NCBI GenBank assembly: GCA_965644495.1
Contig: CBFFSA010000001.1
Span: 2,170,001 to 2,234,000, forward strand
Direction of reading: 5' to 3'
Origin: Perkinsela sp. CCAP 1560/9
Lineage: Eukaryota; Protista; Euglenozoa: Kinetoplastea
Length of the DNA: 64,000 nucleotides
The translations under genes and the position numbers were made by a program. The notes below the pieces were generated by a model that did no database searches, was not told where the DNA came from, and was given only the letters and a program-made list of their open reading frames with translations. Below are positions 21,871-33,598 of this stretch, one piece after another. Every line of letters begins with the position of its first letter. Within the stretch, counting starts at the first letter, position 1.

Positions 21871-23811
21871 ATGCACGACGCAGAATCTAGTGAAGCGACT
21901 CCGTTCATGGAGTTCCAGTTGCAAAAAATTCACGCGATACATCTAAGAAGTATTGAAAATTATAGTCAAATGAAAAATTCTCTAGTTGAGGAATTAGAGC
22001 TTTATCGCACCTTGATTCCAGACTACAAAATATTAGCGCACAACAAGCGGGATCGCAACGCACAGGAAAATCACTCTCATCGCGGTCACATACTCAAAAA
22101 GAAAGAAATTATTGCTCTGGATAAAATGCAAGAATCTCTATTGGACTGTTACCAAAATTACCTTACCATGCTTATCTCTTTTACCCAGAAAAAGCATCCC
22201 GAAAGTCAAAGCTTGGGTAGTCGCTGCATTGCGGAGTTGGTAAATTTTGCCAAAAACTTCAATTTCAACCAAAAACTTCTTTGGGCGGCGGTGCAAAACG
22301 CCAACTCCAAGCATCCTTCGGTCTCCAAACCCTGCTTGCTGGCCCTACAAGAGGTACTCGCCTGTGAGGGCTCCGATGAGGCCTGTGTAATCGTGGTCGA
22401 TCTGCTACTCGATTTAGTCCGTGCACGAAAGCACGCGCTGAATCCTCGACTTCTCTACGTCCTGCTTTACATTCGGGTGCGTGTCATCGACATTCACCGT
22501 ACATGGGATCAGGACAGTGCTCATCGTGCCCATTCCAATGCCAAGAAGTCGAAAAAAGATGCTGATAAACTTTCCCACCGTCTACAGACCCTAGAGGGGA
22601 CCAAATCTCGAGCCTCGATCGCGGCACGACAAACCCGGCTGTTTCACAAAGTGATGACCATCTACCTACGCGTACTGGAGGCCTCTCAGCGGTGTTCCGA
22701 GTTTCACCAATCCCTTCTCCTCGCCCCTACGCTGGAGGGATTGGTCAAATACGCCCACCTTATGAATGTGGAACTCTACGACACCCTATTGAGTGCCATC
22801 CGTGATCTTCTCCAGGATAATCAACACACCTCGTTAAGTGTGGCCCTGCACGCGTTAGTCACCGTAACCTCCCTGGCGGAGCAACAAGCGAAACAGCTCC
22901 CGAAAACTTCGATTTCCTCATCTAACCCCTCTGAAAAGAATCCGATCAGCCCAACCCCGGCTATTGGAGATTTACAACAATTCCACGATATCCTCTACGC
23001 TCTGTTCGATGAGGTCTGGACTTCACCTCCTCGTGCAGAGAAGCGTGAGGAGCCGAATGTGTTGTTATCCTCCGCCGAGGAAGGGGAGGATGAAAAAACA
23101 ACAGCGGCAGAGGGGGAGGATGAGGAGGTACGCTCGCTGTGCTCCTCCCAGGGAGGAGAGAGCAGCGGCACAACTACCTCCAAGGGCGCCTCCTCCTCCG
23201 ATGGGGGGACGCTGTCGATTGCAAAAAGCATGGCGGAACGTAAGCACGTGCGGCACTCGGTGGCCCAGGAATGGAGTTACCGCACCAAACTGCTGCTGTC
23301 GGCGTGTGAGAAATTGTTGGTGCAAACCAAACGGCTTCCGGTGGTTCGTATTACCGCTTTCGTGTCTCGTGCGGCACGGTACTTGCCCCATCTTCCGTGC
23401 CATTTAGCTCTCGGAGCGCTGCAGTTGATACAGAGTTTGTTGCGTGTCTACCCAACACTGTGGGGCATGTTACAAGGAGGGATGGAACATACCAGTGGGG
23501 TTGCGAAGGTGAGTAAGACACACCCGCATATTGTGGGCTTGGAGTGCGCAAGTCCGGATTATGATGTCGGTGCACAGCGTCAGATGTTGTGGGAGTTGAG
23601 TTTGTTACGGCGCAGTTACCATCCAGGATTGCGTCAGACGGTCCAAGAGACGTTGAAATCGTATCGTCAACTGGCGAAAAATCGAGATCGCACGCAGGTA
23701 AATCAGAAGAGTGTGGTTCTTTCTCAGGATGTTGTAAGTCAGTATGATACCTCGAAAGGAGGCTTTTATCCGCAGCCTCAGATTCCGAAAAAACTCAAGT
23801 CAAGCGTTTGA
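21871..23811 (+). CDS. NOC3: Nucleolar complex protein 3 (CBF/Mak21 family)
   Basis: LIPDYKI, FNFNQKLL, LEGLVKYAHLMNVE, RITAFV and LWELSLLRRSYHP. Confidence 0.85.
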   Translation: MHDAESSEATPFMEFQLQKIHAIHLRSIENYSQMKNSLVEELELYRTLIPDYKILAHNKRDRNAQENHSHRGHILKKKEIIALDKMQESLLDCYQNYLTMLISFTQKKHPESQSLGSRCIAELVNFAKNFNFNQKLLWAAVQNANSKHPSVSKPCLLALQEVLACEGSDEACVIVVDLLLDLVRARKHALNPRLLYVLLYIRVRVIDIHRTWDQDSAHRAHSNAKKSKKDADKLSHRLQTLEGTKSRASIAARQTRLFHKVMTIYLRVLEASQRCSEFHQSLLLAPTLEGLVKYAHLMNVELYDTLLSAIRDLLQDNQHTSLSVALHALVTVTSLAEQQAKQLPKTSISSSNPSEKNPISPTPAIGDLQQFHDILYALFDEVWTSPPRAEKREEPNVLLSSAEEGEDEKTTAAEGEDEEVRSLCSSQGGESSGTTTSKGASSSDGGTLSIAKSMAERKHVRHSVAQEWSYRTKLLLSACEKLLVQTKRLPVVRITAFVSRAARYLPHLPCHLALGALQLIQSLLRVYPTLWGMLQGGMEHTSGVAKVSKTHPHIVGLECASPDYDVGAQRQMLWELSLLRRSYHPGLRQTVQETLKSYRQLAKNRDRTQVNQKSVVLSQDVVSQYDTSKGGFYPQPQIPKKLKSSV

Positions 23812-24049
23812 TATCGGATGGTTTCTTGAATTTTACGTTTGGTCTTATTTTTTCATAATATCAAGGTTCCACATTGTACACATGTACCTTATGAGCGACA
23901 TTTCCGTGCATTTTTTCAATTTTTCATGATTTTTATTTGGATTTATGGAAACTACAGAACTAATGCTATGAATTGAATTGGGATGACTTTTCTACGAAAG
24001 GCGCTTTGGTTTTCTTTTCAGTTTACGCTAGAAATGGTACAGTAATGGT

Positions 24050-27000
24050 ATGTCATCCATGACTACACTACCAGGACAAAGTGAATCGTTTGAAGAAACG
24101 TATTCCAGCGAGGAAGATTGGGAAATATGTTCAATTAGAGACCAAGGCAACTATTCACCCGTAGAAAGTGTCTTGAATGTACCCGCAAGCCCATCTTTTT
24201 CTAACAAAGATTCAAAGGCGTTTACTGGCACATCTAAATCAGATTCACTACGAAAACTAAAGCTGAAACAGTTTGAATTAGCCTTTCGGCGCAAAAACCT
24301 GCGACTATTATTGCGTTTTGGTGCTTTGCAGCTCATGCATCTTTATTCTCTTTGTTGTGCCAGCTGTGATATCAGTACTGATACTGTTGAAGTTACATGT
24401 GTGGATAGCCAAAGTGTTAAAAGGTCCCTACCATTGGGTGAACAAGGGACTCCTTCAACAAAAAAGAGGATTTTACGGAGACAGAATAGTAAAAAGACTT
24501 CGAAAAAGTCACATATTCCGAGTTCTTTTCACAATGTTCCTCCGTACTTGCTCACATGGTTTAACTCTGAAAAGGAAAAAGAAGCATCAAAACTTCCAAA
24601 GCAAAAGCAATGGATTCTTGCCTCTGATATTCTTAAAACTGAATTTCAGTCGAGTGAGAAACGAGGGCTTTCCTCATCTGAATATCCCACTTTTGAGCTT
24701 GTCCGAAGGCTGTTATTGGGCATGTATAACCTTAATGGTAGACACACTGAGAATTTCTCGGCCTCAAAATCTTTATCTCATGAATTCACTGGAGTATTCT
24801 CCATCAGCTCTGATTTTACAGCTGCCTTGAGCTTTACTACATTGTGCTTGAAACATGGTCTCCCGGTTCGCCTTCTGGGATCCTTTGACACTTATGGCAA
24901 AGAGGTCACTCTTCCTTTGGATCCGCCGACCACCGATTCCTTATCCAAAGAGACAGCAGATTCATCAATAGCTCTTTGGTGTGAAATTTACGTTGTTGAA
25001 TGCAATCAATGGATTTCAATATTGCCTGGTATCGGTATCGCGTCAACGAAGCTGACAGAACTGTATACTTGTGGCAAACGAGCATTTCAAGCTGATTTTG
25101 ACGAATTACATCTGAAATCAATTCACCATGGATGGAATATGCCATACAGCTTAGCTGTTGGGTTACAACTAAACAACTTTCGTGTGCACTCTTCGAAAGT
25201 TTCAAACTCATGTTTGCAAGTACGGTCAAAAGAAAGTCTCACTTCTCCAGTTCGGTCACATTTTTACCTTCTTGACGTGACTCCACGTTACGTTTCCCTT
25301 TGGAGCGAAGTCTTGGCTTCTCAACGCAAAGATGACATCAAGGTTCCAAAAGTGTCCAACTGGCTGAACCAGGCTGTAGAGGCTAAATTGAATCGAAAGC
25401 AAGCCCAAACACCTACTTCAGTTGAGGAATCATCTGAAATTGTCAGTCGTCATTTTAGTACCACCGCCTCACACTTATCTTCGGGTCATCCGTCGCTTGC
25501 GTCTGCTCGTTTGAAATCGCTTTCCTCTTCGGCCTTGGGGTCATCTCCTTCCAACTCCACACTCGCTAACAAAAAGGGTTACATGTGGGGCATTGTATCC
25601 TCATCCTCCTCTTCCTGTTCCGGGGATTACAGCTCCGATGATACAACCTCCCCTTTACCATTTTCACCCCTGCTTCCCGACTCTTTTCCACCACCCCACC
25701 ACGAACCACAACCACCCCCCTCTTCTTCCTCAACCCCCCTCCTCTCCTCACCCTCCACCCCTCACCTCCCCCAACCCCTCTCCCCCTCCCTCCCCTGGTT
25801 TACCTCCATGACCGCTCACCTCACCCAATCCTCTTCTCACCTCGCTCTCTTCTTCTCCCACACCTTCTACACACTCTTCTGGACCACCCACTCATCTTCT
25901 TCCCCAAAACCTCAACCCTTCTCCGAAACCTCAAAGAAAACTTCTTCAATGGTGTCTTCAACCGCTTCCTCAATGGTGTCTTCAACCGCTTCCTCAATGG
26001 TATCTTCAACGGCTTCCTCAATGGTGTCTTCACCAGCTTCTCCCTTGGTTTCTTCAACAGCTCCTTCAACCGCTCCTTCCATAACTTCCCCAACCGCCTC
26101 CTCCACCGCTTCTCCCAAACCCCACAACAGCGCGCTCTCGTCCTGCTCCTGTTACTCTTCTTTTTCTTCTTCTTTTTCTTCTTCTTTTTCTTCCCCCCCC
26201 TCCCCTCCCCATGACTACCCCGGGGCGCCCCGCGAACACGCCCAGCTCACCGCCCTCCAACACGTCACCTCCCCCGTCCCCTCCACCCTCCGCCCCCTTC
26301 GTCGTCACCCGCTCTACACCACAGAGGCGTCCCTCCGGGGCGACCAGGCGCTCCACCCCGCCGTGGTCTGCCCCCACTGCGGGCACCCCAGCCCGGTGGT
26401 GGCGGGCTACGTCCGGGGGGTCCCGGTGGTCCACCGCTGGGGGGTGCACCGCGTGCGGACCCGGCTGCAGTGGATACGGCACGCCCGGGGGGTGCCGCGG
26501 GCGGGGGAGGTGCCGGTGAGGCTGCGGGGGGGGAGGGGGAGAAGGGGGTTGGGTGAGGGGTTGGGGGGGGGAGAAAACAACCCCGCGGGGGGGTTGTATG
26601 GGAGATGGCAGGTGGAGAGGTTTCGTCCAATGGAGTGGGTGGGGGGTCCGGAGGCGCCGTTACCGCGGAATGGGTATGGGAATTATGAAATGGTTCATCA
26701 TAGGGTTCCGGGGAGGGGGCTTTATTATGTCTCGGATAAGAATGCGCGTGAGGTGATTGAGGCGGAGCGTTTATCCCGTAGGAAGGAGCGGAAAGGGGGG
26801 AGTAAAAAGGGGGATGAAAAAGGCGATAGTTTGGAGATTCCGGAATATGTTCCCGTTCTGGTGGGTTTTGACCGTATTGAGCTTCACCGCTGGGTGCCAC
26901 GTCTTCAAGGTGTGATTGTGAAGGAAGCGGAATATGAGTCAAAGTACAAGCCGTTACAAGATAAATGGGGGGCAATTTGGGATAGGGAAGAAAAGCAACG

Positions 27001-27100
27001 TGCAAAGGATAAGGCGATGGCCTTTTGGTTTTTCTACATTCGTCGTGTAGTTGCACACCATAGGCTACGAGAAACTTATCAAGGCTGGTCGTCTGTCTGA
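24050..27100 (+). CDS. XPC: XPC/Rad4 nucleotide-excision-repair protein with a long low-complexity insert
   Basis: Transglutaminase-like WCEIY and DVTPRY. BHD motifs PSTL..LRRHPLY, LYGRWQVE and LPRNGYGNYEM. Confidence 0.85.
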   Translation: MSSMTTLPGQSESFEETYSSEEDWEICSIRDQGNYSPVESVLNVPASPSFSNKDSKAFTGTSKSDSLRKLKLKQFELAFRRKNLRLLLRFGALQLMHLYSLCCASCDISTDTVEVTCVDSQSVKRSLPLGEQGTPSTKKRILRRQNSKKTSKKSHIPSSFHNVPPYLLTWFNSEKEKEASKLPKQKQWILASDILKTEFQSSEKRGLSSSEYPTFELVRRLLLGMYNLNGRHTENFSASKSLSHEFTGVFSISSDFTAALSFTTLCLKHGLPVRLLGSFDTYGKEVTLPLDPPTTDSLSKETADSSIALWCEIYVVECNQWISILPGIGIASTKLTELYTCGKRAFQADFDELHLKSIHHGWNMPYSLAVGLQLNNFRVHSSKVSNSCLQVRSKESLTSPVRSHFYLLDVTPRYVSLWSEVLASQRKDDIKVPKVSNWLNQAVEAKLNRKQAQTPTSVEESSEIVSRHFSTTASHLSSGHPSLASARLKSLSSSALGSSPSNSTLANKKGYMWGIVSSSSSSCSGDYSSDDTTSPLPFSPLLPDSFPPPHHEPQPPPSSSSTPLLSSPSTPHLPQPLSPSLPWFTSMTAHLTQSSSHLALFFSHTFYTLFWTTHSSSSPKPQPFSETSKKTSSMVSSTASSMVSSTASSMVSSTASSMVSSPASPLVSSTAPSTAPSITSPTASSTASPKPHNSALSSCSCYSSFSSSFSSSFSSPPSPPHDYPGAPREHAQLTALQHVTSPVPSTLRPLRRHPLYTTEASLRGDQALHPAVVCPHCGHPSPVVAGYVRGVPVVHRWGVHRVRTRLQWIRHARGVPRAGEVPVRLRGGRGRRGLGEGLGGGENNPAGGLYGRWQVERFRPMEWVGGPEAPLPRNGYGNYEMVHHRVPGRGLYYVSDKNAREVIEAERLSRRKERKGGSKKGDEKGDSLEIPEYVPVLVGFDRIELHRWVPRLQGVIVKEAEYESKYKPLQDKWGAIWDREEKQRAKDKAMAFWFFYIRRVVAHHRLRETYQGWSSV
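25945..26115 (+). repeat. In-frame 24-bp tandem repeat (MVSSTASS) inside XPC
   Basis: About 4 near-perfect TCAATGGTGTCTTCAACCGCTTCC units, followed by degenerate ones. Confidence 0.85.
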
Positions 27101-27644
27101 AGTCTTGGTCAGTTTAAAGCTCGCAAAACAACATTTCACTTCGAACACTTGATGCATTGTAGGGTTTACGGTGAAAGTCATTATTCTGAGAATTGGGTGT
27201 TGAACGTTGACAGAAAAATAATTTTTTTGGTCTCTATTTTCAGGATTGGGTGTTGAACGTTGACAGAGCCTCTGTTGATGGGTCGATCATGAATTCTCAT
27301 TTTTGAGCGAAAATGCAAATTCTATTTCGAGAGGATTAGAACGTAAACTTTTGGGGAAGCTATTACGGTTCAAACTTAAATTCTACCATCACTCTTCAAG
27401 AACATGATGCACTAAATATTGAAGAAAAAGGCGATGGAGATACCAATAGTACAGGTTCTGCAATTTCCCACAGGAAAAACGATACATCCCTTATGGTGTG
27501 AGAGCATACACGCGCATACAAAGGTGAAGATGCCGTTTTTCATGTGGAAAACTGCCACATACATGTATGTACTATTTGTATCTCCCTCGTCCACTTTGAT
27601 ATGGGTTAAACGTTCTCTCTGTGTTGTTTCGGAACGTTTCTTTT

Positions 27645-28112
27645 CTTTGTGATGAAGATTGTCATTTCTCAGCTCACTTCGAACGTCCATGATACAATGA
27701 ATCCTTCTATTGACTGATTAATTTGTTCACAAACCCCTTCACGCTTATAATCAATCACTTACTGTGATTCCCCCTTTAATATACACCCTCTTCCCCCCTT
27801 AATCCCCCCTTAATATGCACGAATTTCATCTAAATTTAATTAAGGAAAGGAACGCGACGCGAAGCGGTGCGTTTTTTGGGGGAGGGTCTCCACTTCTCTT
27901 ACGCACCCTCCCCCCCTTTATCTTGTAGAAACCCGAAAAACGTGTGCATATTCGGGGGGGGGGGGGGGGGGGGGCACAGTACATTGATGAATCATACACT
28001 TTGTGATGAACATTATCATTTCTCAGCTCACTTCGAACGTCCATGATACAATGAATCCTTTTATAGTCTGATCGGTCTTTTGGATTTTTTACAAATCTCC
28101 TCACGCTTATAA
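27645..28112. repeat. Direct repeat pair (about 27645-27750 and 27999-28112)
   Basis: Both copies contain TTTCTCAGCTCACTTCGAACGTCCATGATACAATGAATCCT. Confidence 0.75.
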
Positions 28113-28767
28113 CGCGGCCCTTTGGATAGCTTTTTTCATGTTGGACATCCCCAGTGATCAGGGGTTTATAACATTTTTTAAATTATAACTGATAATTTGA
28201 ATATACAGTCCAGGTACTGGTTTCCCCCCCCCCTCCCAGGCTCCAGAACACACCGTAAGAGCTTTTGACCCAATTCCTTCGGCATTCAACAGATCTCGAA
28301 AAACTAGAGCGTTTCCCACCGTTTGTTTGCCTATCAGCCCTCCTGGGTCAAAAATATTTAGGAAAAACACGAAAAAATAGCATAATTTTACTAAACAAAA
28401 TTCCAATATTTCAAAACTTTGGGAGTTTTTCATTCAAATATGGTTTCTCATTCTATGAATTTGAGGGATACTCCCATCAAATCTACTAAAGACCAGTACT
28501 AAAGGCCAGTACAACTCACCGAAAAGCAAGATACCCCCTATTACCCATAAAACGTCACGAAATGCACTCCCAGAGCGCCTTGACCGAATTGTAAAAGAAA
28601 TTTTGAAACCGGGGACTGAAAAACATCTCCGGAAGGCGATAAAGAAAGCCATTTGTGATGCTTAAGCGTCGTCCTTATCGACGCCAATTCTTAATTTGTA
28701 TAAATTCAGTTGCTAAAGGCTTGCGAATTGTGCGGAGCGTTCAAGGAGACCAGTGTAGGTATTAAAT

Positions 28768-29764
28768 CTGTCCCCCCCTACTTATGCGCAACCGTTTGAC
28801 CCGGCCACTTAAGCGCAAATTTGACGCATCGTTCAGAAGAACAGCGCCGCAAAGCGGCGCAATTTTCTTTTTTGTGGTACGAATTTTTGTACAGATTTTC
28901 GCTGCTCTTGAAATGGAGAGTCCCTTTGGGCGTTCAAAAATGATCTCCAGCGATCTCCTCTGATCCACACTGATCTCCACCGGTCTGTACGGCGAGTCTT
29001 TGCATACTATACTGTACTGTACATCAGAGGAACTCTCCTGCCACGTACTGTACGCTTTTGAAATGATCAGTGCACCAGCGTGCGGCACCGCCTAGATGTG
29101 GGGCGGGTAAAGATAACGTGGGTAATTGCACTACAAGTGCATGATAAACTTTCGGACCCACGCTCTTAAAAGTCCGTTCTTTTCCTACAATTGATCGGGT
29201 GCTCGCAAAAAAGGCACTTACCTCGTGATGTGGTCATTCGCGGGCATAAGTAACCATACAAGCGAAGTACTGTACCTCCTCCCTAGTTATCTCTCACACG
29301 TCACCCCCTGTCCGACTGATCTTCCAATGAATCGGTAAACCCTTCGAACCTCGAAAAAATACCCACAGCGTTCGCAACCGGTCGCGATCTGTCGTTACCG
29401 ATCGCGATTGGTTGCCACCGTTCGACAGCGAGCTACAGGTACCGTCTGCACCCCTCCACTGATGGTACTAACGCCGACCAACTACCATTTTCATTAATTA
29501 TTTTTTATAGATATAAAAATGGGCGAAGTATAAAGGGGGGGTCACAGTAATTATAACTCATTTTTTTTATAAAATATAATTTATAGAAAATGGAGAGGGA
29601 GTGTATAAAAAGCAGCCCCCCGGGTCACCCCGCGTACATAACTCATGATTGAAACACGCGCCGCGAAGCTTTCTTAAAAAAAAAATTCACTCCTTTTTTT
29701 GACCCGGCTGCTTATGCGCAATTTTAGGCCAAAACCTGGTTGCGCTTAAGTGGGGGGGGGACAG
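28768..29764. mobile_element. Non-autonomous TIR element (~1 kb)
   Basis: Ends CTGTCCCCCCCTACTTATGCGCAACC and GGTTGCGCTTAAGTGGGGGGGGGACAG. The subterminal motif CTTAWGCGCAA recurs. Confidence 0.7.
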
Positions 29765-30051
29765 CATGTAATCTCGAGTGCAAGATTATATTCTAATCGT
29801 TTTTTGTTACGACATTATACAATTAATATTCAAATTACGACATTATACTCAAATGCGATTTGAATATAATGTCGCCCCCCGGTTTACATACATGCACATG
29901 TACCTTTAGGGGATGCGAAAAATATGATTCATACATCGCAATCCAATGCACCCTTATTACTGAATTACTTCAGAGTGATGTAATTGTACTGACTCAGTAT
30001 ATCCCACTCCATCTTAAACACAAAAACAGCGTTTGCGTAGACTTCTCTTTT

Positions 30052-33000
30052 ATGAATGAAAAGCGTCGTTTTTCAATTCTTTTTGTCAACAAGCCTTCTT
30101 ATCAGCCAAAAGTAGCAGCAGTACGTAAAGCATCCAACAAATCTAATTTATTAGGCTTCAGTTTGACTTATCATGATGTAGTTTCCCTTTTTGACGTCGA
30201 CGGAAAAGACGGTTATCTTGATGTTTACCTCAACCTTTGTCACAGGAAATATCCCGCAGCATCTTCCTGTCATCAAAACACGGATGTTAGCTGTTCGGCT
30301 TGTCTTGCTGCCAGTATTCTTCCTGATCAATTTCTTCGTGCTGAGCTGCAGGAGTCGTTTAACTTAAAAGACAGAAAGTCATTACTCGTAACAAAAAAAC
30401 GCAGATCTGCTTCTAGGCATTCAACAGAGCATGCTCAACGCCACAAAGGCATACTTGCCACATGGAAAACTGGACAAATCGTCATGTCAACAATCGATTA
30501 TGTTTCTTCGAATTCAGATTTCTCAGAAAATGTCGCGGTCACAAGTTCTGCTAACGAATCAAGGAATATGCAGGCATCGCAACTGACACTTTTCTCTTTA
30601 TCCTCATTTTATCTTATCTGCTCGTGTGTTTCATGCTTTGGTAAATTATCTCATCTGACATCGGAACGACAATCAAAGATAGTTTCAAAGCCTGCGGTCA
30701 GATCAGGGCTGCTACCCCAGCAATCACTTAGCATTCGTGAATCTTTGAAATCATCGCCTTTGTCAAATGTCTCTCTTTCTCGCAAAGTTGAAATGTCGAA
30801 TATTTCTTGTCGGGTGATGCTTTCTCTTCAACAAACGGGTCCTGTTTGGAAGACGGCCAAGTTTCATCAAATCGATGCTGTAAATTTCTGTCTTCGATGT
30901 GCATGTACGGACTCACTACGACACGATCTTACAGACGTTTATCTTTCCCATAAACTTTTTATGCATCCTGATGCTCCTAAAGACAATTTTCTTTTGATTC
31001 ATGCTTCAACCTCAAGGAGTGATGCCGAAGTCCGCTCTGATTCAGAGCGAGGCCATAAAGATGACTTGACCAAGAGCCGAAGTTTGTCGAAGCAAATTGC
31101 TGAGGATCTTTTACGTGTTTTCGATTATTCGATATCAGAATCTGCATTTCGTTCAGAGATAAAAAGCAGCGAAGGTACTACAACCGGAGTACCGAACTTA
31201 CAAGCCACCACGGAGCATGGATCGAAATTTGCTAAAATTCCTTTCATTTCCTTGCATACTGCTGCACATCATGAACATTGTTGTAGCCGTGATGCAGTAG
31301 AGGTATCCGTGGGCAAGCGATGCACTTCACCTCGTGGTTGCATTTTGGCCGATGAAATGGGATTGGGAAAGACGTTATCTTGTCTTCTTTTTCTTCATCA
31401 CACGATTCCCTCTATTTTTTCTAAGGCAATCATTCTGTCTCCACTGTCTGTTCAGGATAATTGGATGCATCAACTTACCTGCTGGTTTGGAAGTTCCACT
31501 TCACTACGAATTCTACGGTATCATGCCTCATCAGAAACGGATTCTGATTTTTCATCCTTTTTTATTGGCTCAAAATTTAACATATTGTTGATAACGTATG
31601 ACACCGCTCGATCCAAGCTGTCGAAACTAGCTATCACCAATTGCGATGTATTGGTGTGTGACGAGGCGCATCGATTGAAGAATATGGGAACACGCACACG
31701 TCATGTAATTCAGACCATTCCCTGTCGCTTTCGACTTGCAATCACGGGCACCCCCATGCCAAACCACTCGCGGGAGATCATCTCTTTGATGTCTTTCATC
31801 ACAGAATATACACTGGTCGAAAACCTGGAACGACTTTCCGAGGATCATATTCGCATGCTACTGAAAAGTTTAATGCTACGAAGGACGATGAAATCTGTTT
31901 CTAAAGCTGAAGAAATGTTAGCCAAAAATAATATTATTGAAGCTCCGCTCTTAAGTGATGGCTGTGAGAATTCGCACAATGCTAGTCGTCGTGGTGGAAC
32001 AAGTGTGCCAAACGGCTCAACTAAAGATTCTCCAACCTCTTCATCCGGTCTTCCTTGCTGTACTATTCATTTTGTTTCTTGTCGAAATCCGGTTCAAAGT
32101 AAAATTTCTCATATCTCAAAAGAAAAGTTGGAAGACAATTCCGGTGACTTTGAAATATCTTCATGGGTGACGACACTCGCAATGGATGCTGGCTCTTACG
32201 ACAACGAACCTTCGTGTGTTGACCCTCTACCGAAAATTCCCGCAGCCAAGTTAAACGCAAAAGACAGGAATACCTCTCGTCTAAGTCCAATTGAAGTCTC
32301 TGCACAGCAATCTCTTTTTGATAAAGATTCATTGAACATAAAATCAGTACACTCTTGTCGACACGACTGCTCTACGAAATTAAACTTCCTCTCATGCTTC
32401 CTTACGTGTTGGATAAACGCTGATGAATTTGCGGAGGAGCAGTTGATCATCGCTTCCTACTCGACCACAGTACTCGATTATGTCGCATCTTTCTGTACCT
32501 CTAACGGTTATTTATTTTACCGACTTGACGGACAATCCTCACCAACCGTTCGCCAAACTGTACAAAGGCATTTTGGTCCTTTTTCAAAGCCACAGACGAA
32601 TTCGTCTCTCCATCGTAGTGAACAAAATTCTTCCAAGTCATCTTTCATGCAAACAGAACAGCGAAATTGTGTTCGAATTTTGCTCCTAAGTTGTCTTGCA
32701 GGTTCAGAAGGTATCAATTTACAACGGGCTAATCGGCTTGTTTTGATGGATGCCTACTGGAACAGTGCCGCAGAAAAGCAATGCATTTCTCGAGTTTGGA
32801 GAACGGGGCAAAAGAGAAACGTTTATGTCTATCGTCTTTTTCTGAACAACAGTGTGGAGGAGAATCTCTTGAAAATGCAGAATGACAAAGACCAATTGTG
32901 GTACAACTTAGTGAGGAATTCGTCACTAAGCGTTCAAAATCCTAATTTCTCAATGGCAGATATTGAGTCTAGCGATGCCCTTTTGGTTTCAATTGTCCAA

Positions 33001-33132
33001 GCTTCCTTTCCTTCGAAGCTAGAGAATTCTGGCATGCAGGCATACTCAACTTTTCAAAACAAAAGCATTAATTTGACAATTTCGATCTTTGCTTCTCAAA
33101 TTACTTCTTATAAAACATTCGAATCATTGTGA
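30052..33132 (+). CDS. SNF2-family ATPase (RAD54-like, divergent)
   Basis: GCILADEMGLGKT, CDEAHRLKN, TGTPMPN, RLDG, GINLQRANRLVLMDAYWN and RVWRTGQKRNVYVYRL. Probable start at ATG 30052. Confidence 0.9.
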   Translation: MNEKRRFSILFVNKPSYQPKVAAVRKASNKSNLLGFSLTYHDVVSLFDVDGKDGYLDVYLNLCHRKYPAASSCHQNTDVSCSACLAASILPDQFLRAELQESFNLKDRKSLLVTKKRRSASRHSTEHAQRHKGILATWKTGQIVMSTIDYVSSNSDFSENVAVTSSANESRNMQASQLTLFSLSSFYLICSCVSCFGKLSHLTSERQSKIVSKPAVRSGLLPQQSLSIRESLKSSPLSNVSLSRKVEMSNISCRVMLSLQQTGPVWKTAKFHQIDAVNFCLRCACTDSLRHDLTDVYLSHKLFMHPDAPKDNFLLIHASTSRSDAEVRSDSERGHKDDLTKSRSLSKQIAEDLLRVFDYSISESAFRSEIKSSEGTTTGVPNLQATTEHGSKFAKIPFISLHTAAHHEHCCSRDAVEVSVGKRCTSPRGCILADEMGLGKTLSCLLFLHHTIPSIFSKAIILSPLSVQDNWMHQLTCWFGSSTSLRILRYHASSETDSDFSSFFIGSKFNILLITYDTARSKLSKLAITNCDVLVCDEAHRLKNMGTRTRHVIQTIPCRFRLAITGTPMPNHSREIISLMSFITEYTLVENLERLSEDHIRMLLKSLMLRRTMKSVSKAEEMLAKNNIIEAPLLSDGCENSHNASRRGGTSVPNGSTKDSPTSSSGLPCCTIHFVSCRNPVQSKISHISKEKLEDNSGDFEISSWVTTLAMDAGSYDNEPSCVDPLPKIPAAKLNAKDRNTSRLSPIEVSAQQSLFDKDSLNIKSVHSCRHDCSTKLNFLSCFLTCWINADEFAEEQLIIASYSTTVLDYVASFCTSNGYLFYRLDGQSSPTVRQTVQRHFGPFSKPQTNSSLHRSEQNSSKSSFMQTEQRNCVRILLLSCLAGSEGINLQRANRLVLMDAYWNSAAEKQCISRVWRTGQKRNVYVYRLFLNNSVEENLLKMQNDKDQLWYNLVRNSSLSVQNPNFSMADIESSDALLVSIVQASFPSKLENSGMQAYSTFQNKSINLTISIFASQITSYKTFESL

Positions 33133-33598
33133 TCAGTATTTCTGTATTGTAAGTTCGTCTTTAAATGCTATCTTTTCGTCTTTATGCAGTTAAGGATGGC
33201 TTGTCAGTCAAGGTTTTTATTCTTTTAACCTTGCGAATCTTTGTTTTCTTTCGTTCCGTCATTTTCACTGTGTACTACGCTGTACTTGCCTGTTCATAGT
33301 TCATTTCCTTTTTCTTTTTCTGCCTTCTATAGTTGCTTGTACTTCTATAGTTGACTGTACTTGCCTGTTCATAATTAATTTCCTTTTTCTTTTTATTCCT
33401 ATAGTTGATTGTTTTTATTTTATGAATGCGATAAAATGACTTCACCCTAATACAGGTTCTTCGCTCTATTACATTCTGCTTCCCTCAGCAACTTCATACA
33501 AGTTTATATGTTCTATGGCTATTGAAGTCTATAAAAAGATTTTTTAGAATATTTATTCGTTTCTTTGTTTTTCATCTTTGCCTCATGTATTTATTTTG

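Noticed and set aside
26066-27056. Long antisense or alternative-frame ORFs over XPC (and 36695-37538 over RESC6)
   Set aside because: These are by-products of extreme C/G skew that depletes stop codons.
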